Origin: Candidatus Krumholzibacteriota bacterium
Lineage (GTDB): Bacteria > Krumholzibacteriota > Krumholzibacteriia > LZORAL124-64-63
Reading direction: 5' to 3'
NCBI GenBank assembly: GCA_039714075.1
Contig: JBDLKA010000106.1
Coordinates: 1 to 11,790, forward strand
Length of the DNA: 11,790 nucleotides
The notes below the pieces were generated by a model. It saw only the letters and a list, made by a program, of their open reading frames with translations. It did not search any database and was not told where the DNA came from. Below, one piece after another: positions 1 to 6,947 of the stretch. Within the stretch, counting starts at the first letter, position 1. The number at the start of each line of letters is the position of its first letter. The position numbers and the translations under genes are program-made.

Positions 1-88
1 CTTCTCCGCCCATGACGACGAACGCGCCGGCGGGAGAGGAGGGCATGGCCTCGGCCCGGAGTGGAGCGGGTGCCGGCCTACCTTCCAT
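1..88 (-). CDS. Possible 5' end of a gene running off the left edge (MEGRPAPAPLRAEAMPSSPAGAFVVMGGE...); product uncertain
   Basis: The minus-strand frame is open from 154 to the window edge, with in-frame ATGs at 88, 46 and 13. It is co-oriented with and downstream of the 228-1202 gene. There is no convincing RBS and it is too short to classify. Confidence 0.2.
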   Translation of the reverse strand, partial: MEGRPAPAPLRAEAMPSSPAGAFVVMGGE

Positions 89-186
89 GAGCAACCGCCA
101 GGGAAGGGCGCGCGGGAATATCGCCGTATTCAGTGGGGATGCACAGGTGGATATTCATGAAATGCTCGATTCCCAATATTGTCCTG

Positions 187-213
187 CCGGGGGCCGAGGC
201 CGTCAGCCCCCGG
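187..213 (-). terminator. GC-rich stem-loop downstream of the 228-1202 gene (weak terminator or mRNA-stabilising hairpin)
   Basis: The minus strand reads CCGGGGGC-TGA-cggcc-TCG-GCCCCCGG, an 11-bp stem with one G:U pair and a 5-nt loop, 14 nt past the TAG. No U-tract follows. Confidence 0.45.
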
Positions 214-227
214 AGGGAATAAAGGTC

Positions 228-1202
228 CTACTTCAAAAGGACCATGCTGCGGGACACCTGGCCGGTTGCGGTCTTCAGCACATACCTGTACTGGCCGGCT
301 GAGACGGGGGTGCCGCTGTTGGTCTTTCCGTCCCAGGTCACGTGGTGTTCACCCGCGCCCAGTTCTCCATGATGCAGGGAGGCGATCCTGCGGCCCGCGA
401 TATCAAACACCGAAATATCCACCATGCCGGGACGGTCCAGGGCGAAATCGATCCGGGTCAGGGGATTGAAGGGATTCGGGTAGTTCTGGTCCAGGGTGGC
501 TCCCAGGGCGGCGGTGCCGACCGGGACGCTCGTAACACCGGTCTGTTGCCAGACGATGTTGTCGTAGAAAATCCCGGCGCCCTCGTAGTTGGTCGCGGTG
601 TTGGCGAAGCCGATCTGGAGAACCTGGTTCTCCAGGCTCGCGTCGATGGGAATGTTGATCGAGTAGCCGCCCCACTCGATGGGTATGGCCGTCATGTCCA
701 CCGTGAGGAAGTTGGTCAGGGCCCAGCCGGCGCTGGGATCCAGGGTCTTGATGAAGGCCACGGCGGTCGATGCCAGTTCCAGGTTCCCCATCTTGGCCTG
801 GAAGGCGAAGGTCCAGATATTGCCGACGTCCGCGGCGGTGACGACCTGTTCCTGGAAAGTGTTGGATTCGATGAGATTCCCGATGCCATGGTCGGTGTTG
901 TTGTAGTCGCTGAAGACCACCAGCTGCTGGTGGCCCTGCGCCAGTCCGCCTTCACCGGTGTCCACCTGGCAGAAACCGAAGCCGTCGTTGGGGGCCGGGA
1001 AGGGGCCGTAACCGTAGAGGTAGTTTCCGTCCGGGTCGAAGACGTTCCCGTAGACCAGCCAGCCGTCATCGGACAATGAGAAAGGATCGAGGTGATCCAT
1101 GGCTTCGAAGTCCTGGCTGTAGGGTGCCAGCGCGAAACCCGCAGCGGGTATCAGACAGACCAACAGGCCGACCGCGAAGACAGCTGCAGCTCCATTTTTC
1201 AT
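228..1202 (-). CDS. Secreted protein (324 aa) with a putative carbohydrate-binding beta-sandwich domain and a C-terminal T9SS type-A-like sorting / FlgD Ig-like domain
   Basis: The start was reassigned to ATG 1202 (MKNGAAAVFAVGLLVCLIPAAGFA), which gives a Sec signal peptide and has a GAGAGG RBS upstream. The C-terminus LDQNYPNPFNPLTRIDF...VFDIAGRRI...WDGKTNSG...SAGQYRYVL...RSMVLLK is the classic FCB C-terminal domain pattern. The middle region is aromatic-rich and ends in IFYDNIVW, typical of CBM-like jelly-roll modules. Confidence 0.85.
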   Translation of the reverse strand: MKNGAAAVFAVGLLVCLIPAAGFALAPYSQDFEAMDHLDPFSLSDDGWLVYGNVFDPDGNYLYGYGPFPAPNDGFGFCQVDTGEGGLAQGHQQLVVFSDYNNTDHGIGNLIESNTFQEQVVTAADVGNIWTFAFQAKMGNLELASTAVAFIKTLDPSAGWALTNFLTVDMTAIPIEWGGYSINIPIDASLENQVLQIGFANTATNYEGAGIFYDNIVWQQTGVTSVPVGTAALGATLDQNYPNPFNPLTRIDFALDRPGMVDISVFDIAGRRIASLHHGELGAGEHHVTWDGKTNSGTPVSAGQYRYVLKTATGQVSRSMVLLK

Positions 1203-1325
1203 TTCAGTGGCCTCTCGTTGAAGAAAACTCTCTTGCCGCCTTGTCAAGTGATCCAGGTGAATCGTGGGAAGCGGTTGCCGGATTCCGGATCCGCCGTTTC
1301 CGGGGCACAAAATCCGAGAGAGATC

Positions 1326-1354
1326 TTGACAGGACTACCTATATCATACACTAT
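1326..1354 (+). promoter_or_regulatory. Predicted sigma70-type promoter for the GH1 / GH-barrel operon
   Basis: A perfect TTGACA lies at 1326-1331. Candidate -10 elements are CACTAT (1349-1354, 17-bp spacer) and TACACT (1347-1352, 15-bp spacer). The site is in a locally AT-rich divergent intergenic region. Confidence 0.55.
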
Positions 1355-1374
1355 GTTCGGAATCCGAACAAAGA
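1350..1374. promoter_or_regulatory. Palindromic operator 1, probable ROK repressor site
   Basis: ACTATGTTCGGAATCCGAACAAAGA contains the perfect inverted repeat TGTTCGGA-A-TCCGAACA (1354-1370). It overlaps the predicted -10/+1 and is 18/25 identical to the site at 9759-9783. Confidence 0.75.
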
Positions 1375-1542
1375 TTTTTTTTAATAAATGGGCGGGAAAT
1401 TGCAGGCCGAACACACACGAGCAACGGTTCCTCTTCCTGAAGTCCCTGGAATGTGTAAGGTTATCGGGTCCTGGGCGCCGGTTTGCCCCTCGGCGCCCCC
1501 TGAATTCGCAAATGTCGACGAATTGACGGGAGCCGATGCCAC

Positions 1543-2946
1543 ATGAGCCGAATCGATTTTCCTGACGGATTTGTCTGGGGTGCCGCTACCTCGGCGCAGC
1601 AGATCGAGGGCGGGACGCAAAAAGATGGCCGTGGGGAGTCCATCTGGGACCGTTTCGCCGCCCAGTCGGGAAAAATCGAGGATGGGTCGACTCCCGAACA
1701 TGCCTGCGACCATTACCACCGCTGGCGCGAGGATATCGATCTGGTGAAGTGGCTGGGCCTGGGGGCCTACCGTTTTTCCATCGCCTGGCCGCGGATCATT
1801 CCCACCGGCACGGGCCGGGTCAATCCCGCCGGCCTGGATTTCTATGACGCCCTGGTGGACGGCCTTCTCGAAGCCGGCATCCAGCCCTTTCCGACGCTGT
1901 ACCACTGGGATCTGCCCCAGGTTCTGCAGGACGAGGGCGGCTGGGCCTCGCGCGAGACGGCCCAGGCCTTTGTTGAATACTCGGCGGCCGTCACGCGGCG
2001 GCTGGGAGACCGCGTCAAGCAATGGACGACGCATAACGAACCCTGGTGCATCGCCACCCTCGGACACGAAGAGGGGCATCATGCTCCCGGGCACAAGGAT
2101 CCCGCCGAGGCTCTGCACGCCGCGCATCACCTGCTGCTGTCCCACGGCTGGGCGGCCGGGGCCATCCGGGGAGAGGTTTCCGGGGCCAAGGTGGGCATCG
2201 TCCACAACTACTGTCCCTCGTATCCCGCTACCGACAGCGAAGGTGACCGGGACGCGGCCCGCTGGTTCGACGGATTTTTCAACCGCTGGTATCTCGACCC
2301 GGTCTTCCGGGGTTCATACCCCGTGGACGCGGTCGCCGACAGGGTCGCCGCCGGCCACCTGGCGGGGCCGGACATGCCGTTCGTGAAGGACGGCGACATG
2401 GCGGCCATCGCCACTCCGCTCGATTTCCTGGGGTTGAACTACTACAGCCGCAACGTCATGGCCGCTGGTCCGGACGGCGGGCGCCGGGATGTCAAAATGG
2501 CGCCTCCCGAAGAGCTGACCGACATGGGGTGGGAGGTCTTCCCCGAAGGGCTTTACGACAGCCTGATGCGGGTCCACCGTGAGTACGGTCCGAAGAAGAT
2601 CTACATCGCCGAAAACGGGGCGGCCTACGAATATCCGGCCGACGCGAAGGGCCGCATCGCCGACGAAAAGAGGGTCACCTATCTCCGCGATCATTTCCTG
2701 GCCGCCCGCAGGGCCATGGCCGAGGGAGTTCCCCTGGAGGGTTACTTCGTCTGGTCCCTGATGGACAATTTCGAATGGGGCTACGGCTTCACCAAGAGGT
2801 TCGGCCTTTTCGGTGTCGATTACGAAACCCAGCAGCGTATCCCCAAGGACAGTGCCTTCTGGTACCGCGACGTCGCCCGCGCCAACGCCGTCGACGACTC
2901 TACCCAGCCATCAATCCAAGGAGAATCCCGTGCCTGCGATCGCTAA
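1543..2946 (+). CDS. bglA: GH1 beta-glucosidase (467 aa, cytoplasmic)
   Basis: GH1 motifs are present throughout: FPDGFVWGAATSAQQIEG, ACDHYHRWREDI, YRFSIAWPRI, TLYHWDLPQ, acid/base HNEPW, LNYYS, nucleophile IAENG, WSLMDNFEW. It has a GGGAG RBS and no signal peptide. Confidence 0.96.
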   Translation: MSRIDFPDGFVWGAATSAQQIEGGTQKDGRGESIWDRFAAQSGKIEDGSTPEHACDHYHRWREDIDLVKWLGLGAYRFSIAWPRIIPTGTGRVNPAGLDFYDALVDGLLEAGIQPFPTLYHWDLPQVLQDEGGWASRETAQAFVEYSAAVTRRLGDRVKQWTTHNEPWCIATLGHEEGHHAPGHKDPAEALHAAHHLLLSHGWAAGAIRGEVSGAKVGIVHNYCPSYPATDSEGDRDAARWFDGFFNRWYLDPVFRGSYPVDAVADRVAAGHLAGPDMPFVKDGDMAAIATPLDFLGLNYYSRNVMAAGPDGGRRDVKMAPPEELTDMGWEVFPEGLYDSLMRVHREYGPKKIYIAENGAAYEYPADAKGRIADEKRVTYLRDHFLAARRAMAEGVPLEGYFVWSLMDNFEWGYGFTKRFGLFGVDYETQQRIPKDSAFWYRDVARANAVDDSTQPSIQGESRACDR

Positions 2947-5900
2947 AGGCTGCCTTCGTTCCTCCGCCCGGTTCGCCCTGGTAATCCTCCTGCTCCTGGC
3001 CCTGGGTCCGGTTTCCGCCGCGACCGGGACCGCGGATGACCACATGCCTGAAATCAAGGTGGTTCACGACGAGGGTGGTTCCCGGCTTCAGGTGGACGGC
3101 AGGGACTTCATGGTGCTGGGGATGAACTGGGGTTACATGCCCATCGGCCAGAACTACACCTACAGCCTGTGGACCAAGCCGGACCACATCATCGAAGCCG
3201 CCCTGGCCAAGGAGATGCCCCTGCTTCAGGCCATGGGGATCAACACCATCCGGCATTACGTGGGCATGCCTCCGCGCTGGGTCGAATACGTGTACGAGAA
3301 ATATGGCATCTACACCGTGTTGAACCATACGATCGGCCGTTACGGGCTGACCATCGACGGCGCGTGGCTGCCGAACACCGACTACAGCGATCCCAGGGTG
3401 CGCGAAACCCTGAAGGCGGAAATGCGGGCTCTGGTGGACGAGTTCAAGGACACGCCGGGTGTTTTGATGTGGCTGCTGGGCAACGAGAACAACTACGGGC
3501 TGTCCTGGTCGTCGTTCGAGATCGAGGCCCTGCCCGAAGGCGAACGCAACGCGGCGCGGGCGCGCCATCTCTATTCGCTTTTCGGAGAGATCATCCGCGA
3601 CATCAAGGAGCGTGATCCCGGCCGGCCCGTGGCCATGGCCAACGGTGATCTGCAATACATCGACATCATCGCCGAGGAGTGCCAGGGGCTGGACGTGTTC
3701 GGGTCGAACGTGTATCGCGGCATCTCGGCGCGGGATTTCTACGAGGTGGTCGACGAGAAGCTGGGTGTGCCGACCATGTTCACCGAGTTCGGCGCCGACG
3801 CCTTCAACGCCGTCACCATGAAGGAAGACCAGGCGACGCAGGCCTACTACCTGCTGGGCCAGTGGCGGGAAATATACGAACAGTCCGCGGGCAAGGGCCG
3901 GGTGGGCAACGCCATCGGCGGGCTGATCTTCCAGTGGAGCGACGGCTGGTGGAAGTACAAGCAGGAGGAACGGCTGAACATCCACGACACCAACGCCTCG
4001 TGGCCGAACGGCGGGTATCCCGAGGATTTCCGCGAAGGCGACAACAACATGAACGAGGAGTGGTGGGGTATCTGCGCCAAGGGGTACTCCGATCCCCGCG
4101 GGCTGTACGACGTCTATCCCCGCGCCGCCTATTACGCGCTGCGCGACGCCTTCCGGCTCGACCCCTACGCGCCCTCGACGGACATCGACATGATCCGCAC
4201 CCACTTCGGCAACATCCAGACCATGGGGGCGGTTACCGAGGCCCGGGGCGACGCGGCCAGTCTGGCGACCGACGTGTTGAGCAAAGTGCGCGTTTCCAGT
4301 TTGCGGATGGAGTTCGAGACCTACAGCACCGGCGGCAGGAACATCTCGACGCCGGACATCGAGGAACCACAGAAGGCCTATCCTTCATTCCTCGGCTTCG
4401 ACCACGGCCAGTCGTTCTATGCGGACATCGAGGCCAAGCCCAATGACGGCATCATCGGCAGGATGTCCCTGAATGTCCTGGGCCGGGTGGCGAAGAATCC
4501 CATCGACGAAATTTTCTACGAGAACCGCGGCCGTCCCCGCACCATAACGGACAACAACGGCGATCTGGTGGAACTCGAGTCGCTCGAGCGCGTGAAAATC
4601 TACCAGGCCTCGGTCACCTGGGACGACCGCTGGTTCAATCTGGATGCCTTCTACCGCACCGGCCACCTCCACTGGCAGTACGAGGGCGATTTCTTCGGCC
4701 TGTACCGCGACGCCTATTACGGTGAAAACATCGACATCTACAACGGCGAAGCCCCCCTGGGTTTCGAAATCGCCGGCAAGAAGCTGTTCAACGGATTGAA
4801 GGTGGCCTTCGGGCCGCAGCTCTGGTGGGGCGCCAACCCCGCGGTCTTCGTCAAGTACCAGCGGTCGCTGGCCGGGATGCAGTGGACGGGCATGTTCCAG
4901 GAGGACTTCGCCCAGCAGACGGCCCTGACCAGCAGCGTTGCCATCCCGATACGTACCACCCGCAAGGCCTCCCTGCAGATGCAGACCGGTCTGGGTCCCT
5001 TCAACTTCGAGGGCGGGGTCCTCTGGTCTGGTCAGCCGCGCAAGGATGAATCCTTTGAGCTGATCGACGAAGACCTCGTGAATTCAGGCGGGCCTATCGC
5101 CCCGGAGGACATTCGCACCGATACGATCAAGCCGGAGGACACCTTCGGCTTCAAGGGCAAGCTGACCTGGCAGGACGGGATCTGGAACTGGTACGGCCAG
5201 GGCGCCTACATGGGTCTGGTTGCCGACGCCGGACCGACGGCCATTCCGACCTTCACCGGTTGGGGGCTGAAGGACAGCGGTTCGGGCAACCAGATCAACG
5301 GGGTAACGGGGGCGGCTGTTACACTGGGCAAGTGGCAGGTCGGTCCCAACTTCCTGTGGCAGAAGCCCATCGTCGGGCCGATGCCCCATGCGGACGATCT
5401 TGAATTTACGCAAGGCAGTCCCCGCAACGTCCTGGATGATCCCTTCGCCGTACGCTACAACCGCGAAACCACCGCCGCGGAGTTCATGCTGACCTACGAC
5501 CCCACGCCCGCCACCTGGATGTGGAACTGGGACAGCGACGTCCGCGAGGACGCGAACCTGGCGGCCAGTCTGGGCTTCATCATCAAGAAGCACCACACCA
5601 CCGCCGACGCCGGCCTGTTCATCTCCAAAGAGAATGAGGTGTACTCCTTCGGCGGCTCCACGCCCGCCCGCGATTGGGGCGACCTGTGGGAGGTGAACTG
5701 CCGCATCGTCAACCGCTTCGGACTGACCACGCGCATGATCAGTCACATCTACTTCGGCACCGCCGAGCCCAACGGGGACAACGAGCGGCTGGTCAAACGC
5801 TTCGGCGCCGACAGCCGGATCGCCTGGCCTGCGGTGGCCCTGGCCGGCCACGTGAAGGTCAACGATTACGGAATCTACGACTACCATCGGGACCACAACC

Positions 5901-6136
5901 TGACCTATCCGTTGCAGCTGATGGCGGACATCTCCTTCAACCTGGGCAAACCCCAGTGGTTCAACTTCCCGCAGACGCGGTTCGGAGTACGGGGCACCTT
6001 CCGCACCCTGGACCAGTTCTCAAGCCGCTACTGGCCCGACGGTGAACCCGAGCTGGAGGAGGGCGAGATGTATCCCGAGGGGCTGCCCGAAGGAAGGGAA
6101 TGGGAAATCCGGACCTATCTGCACCTGGTCATCTAG
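2930..6136 (+). CDS. Secreted clan GH-A (GH2/GH158-like TIM barrel) glycoside hydrolase fused to a predicted outer-membrane beta-barrel (1068 aa)
   Basis: A GTG start at 2930 has an AAGGAG RBS (2918-2923), overlaps the GH1 3' end and exposes a signal peptide (...FALVILLLLALGPVSA). The N-terminal domain has MGINTIRHY, WLLGNENNY (putative acid/base Glu at 3485-3487), TEFGAD (putative nucleophile at 3785-3787) and FQWSDGWWK. The region from ~4280 onward contains many alternating amphipathic, aromatic-flanked strands and ends WEIRTYLHLVI. Confidence 0.8.
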   Translation: MPAIAKGCLRSSARFALVILLLLALGPVSAATGTADDHMPEIKVVHDEGGSRLQVDGRDFMVLGMNWGYMPIGQNYTYSLWTKPDHIIEAALAKEMPLLQAMGINTIRHYVGMPPRWVEYVYEKYGIYTVLNHTIGRYGLTIDGAWLPNTDYSDPRVRETLKAEMRALVDEFKDTPGVLMWLLGNENNYGLSWSSFEIEALPEGERNAARARHLYSLFGEIIRDIKERDPGRPVAMANGDLQYIDIIAEECQGLDVFGSNVYRGISARDFYEVVDEKLGVPTMFTEFGADAFNAVTMKEDQATQAYYLLGQWREIYEQSAGKGRVGNAIGGLIFQWSDGWWKYKQEERLNIHDTNASWPNGGYPEDFREGDNNMNEEWWGICAKGYSDPRGLYDVYPRAAYYALRDAFRLDPYAPSTDIDMIRTHFGNIQTMGAVTEARGDAASLATDVLSKVRVSSLRMEFETYSTGGRNISTPDIEEPQKAYPSFLGFDHGQSFYADIEAKPNDGIIGRMSLNVLGRVAKNPIDEIFYENRGRPRTITDNNGDLVELESLERVKIYQASVTWDDRWFNLDAFYRTGHLHWQYEGDFFGLYRDAYYGENIDIYNGEAPLGFEIAGKKLFNGLKVAFGPQLWWGANPAVFVKYQRSLAGMQWTGMFQEDFAQQTALTSSVAIPIRTTRKASLQMQTGLGPFNFEGGVLWSGQPRKDESFELIDEDLVNSGGPIAPEDIRTDTIKPEDTFGFKGKLTWQDGIWNWYGQGAYMGLVADAGPTAIPTFTGWGLKDSGSGNQINGVTGAAVTLGKWQVGPNFLWQKPIVGPMPHADDLEFTQGSPRNVLDDPFAVRYNRETTAAEFMLTYDPTPATWMWNWDSDVREDANLAASLGFIIKKHHTTADAGLFISKENEVYSFGGSTPARDWGDLWEVNCRIVNRFGLTTRMISHIYFGTAEPNGDNERLVKRFGADSRIAWPAVALAGHVKVNDYGIYDYHRDHNLTYPLQLMADISFNLGKPQWFNFPQTRFGVRGTFRTLDQFSSRYWPDGEPELEEGEMYPEGLPEGREWEIRTYLHLVI

Positions 6137-6137
6137 G

Positions 6138-6947
6138 TCAGGGAAGGGTTCCGTAGACCCGGACGTGATCCACCAGCATGGTCTGGGGGAAGACCGTATT
6201 CTCGTCGGGAGGGCCGACCCACCGGCCGCCGACGGCGACGTTCAGGATGATGAAGAAGGGGTGGTCGTAGACCCAGGTCGCCCCGGACGGAAGATCGGCC
6301 CGGTTGACCGTGTGGTAGTTGTACCCGTCGACGAACCAGCTAATGGAATCCTCGTTCCACTCCACGGCGAATTCGTGGAAACCGAGGTGGAATCCCCCCT
6401 GGGCCAGGACATGCTTTCCGGAAATCGCTGAATTCCCGTAGTGGCCCGGACCGTGAATGCTGCCGACCAGAACGCGCGGTTCCTGGCCCCGGTATTCCAT
6501 GATGTCGATCTCTCCGCACGCCGGCCAACCCACCTCGTCGATGTTGCCGCCGAGAAGCCAGAAGGCGGGCCAGATGCCCTGGCCGATCGGCAGCTTGATC
6601 CGGGCCTCGAAGCGGCCGCGGGTCCGTTCGAAGAGACCCTTGGTCTTGATGCGGCCCGAAGTGTAGGGCTGACCCTCGAATTCCTCCTCGCGGGCGGTGA
6701 TGGCCAGGTTTCCGGCACCGTCCAGGTAGACGTTCTCCGCACGGTCGGTGTCGTATTCGAGCTGAAGGTTGCCCCAGTCGGTCCCGATGTCGAACACCCA
6801 TTTTGCGGGGTCGGGCAGCTCGCCGGCCGGTCCTTCGAATTCGTCCTGCCAGATGAGGCCGTACTCCGGGGCCGGTTCGTCCTCGTCGCAACCGGCGAGG
6901 GCCGCGAAAACCAGCAGCACCGCCATGAGGGTCATCGCCCTTCTCAT
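6138..6947 (-). CDS. GH16 endo-beta-1,3(4)-glucanase / laminarinase-type lipoprotein (269 aa)
   Basis: It has lipobox LAGC (Cys20) and motifs LIWQDEF, YTSGRIKT, GRFEARIKLP, GIWPAFW, catalytic GEIDIME (6495-6515), PFFIILNVAVGG and MLVDHVRVY. There is an AGGAGG RBS and an ATGA overlap with the ROK stop codon. Confidence 0.93.
   Translation of the reverse strand: MRRAMTLMAVLLVFAALAGCDEDEPAPEYGLIWQDEFEGPAGELPDPAKWVFDIGTDWGNLQLEYDTDRAENVYLDGAGNLAITAREEEFEGQPYTSGRIKTKGLFERTRGRFEARIKLPIGQGIWPAFWLLGGNIDEVGWPACGEIDIMEYRGQEPRVLVGSIHGPGHYGNSAISGKHVLAQGGFHLGFHEFAVEWNEDSISWFVDGYNYHTVNRADLPSGATWVYDHPFFIILNVAVGGRWVGPPDENTVFPQTMLVDHVRVYGTLP

Noticed and set aside
1219..1247. Minus-strand TTGACA (1247-1242) as the promoter of the secreted protein
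   Set aside because: There is no credible -10 at 16-18 bp and the start would crowd the RBS. It remains possible but is unsupported.
1203..1310. N-terminal extension of the 228-1310 ORF (MCPGNGG...)
   Set aside because: The signal peptide and RBS fit ATG 1202, and the extension runs through the promoter region.
2813..2929. Ser/Thr/Pro-rich N-terminal extension of the 1107-aa ORF
   Set aside because: It is an off-frame read of the GH1 3' end. GTG 2930 has an AAGGAG RBS and yields a proper signal peptide.
1543..2946. GH1 motif deviations (SAQQIEG for SAYQIEG, IAENG for ITENG) as signs of inactivation or new chemistry
   Set aside because: Both catalytic glutamates and the glycone-binding Gln, His and Trp/Glu motifs are intact, so this is ordinary variation.
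2900..5896. Long antisense ORFs (2900-4204, 5084-5896; similarly 342-1079, 1381-2205, 6441-7124, 7115-8185, 8264-8938, 9927-10616)
   Set aside because: These are shadow frames opposite well-supported genes, expected in high-GC DNA, and carry no recognisable motifs.
4280..6136. Barrel as the export pore of a polysaccharide biosynthesis system (BcsC/PgaA-like) or as a classical autotransporter
   Set aside because: No glycosyltransferase or TPR scaffold is visible, all neighbours are catabolic, and the region is about twice the size of an autotransporter barrel. This is disfavoured rather than excluded.
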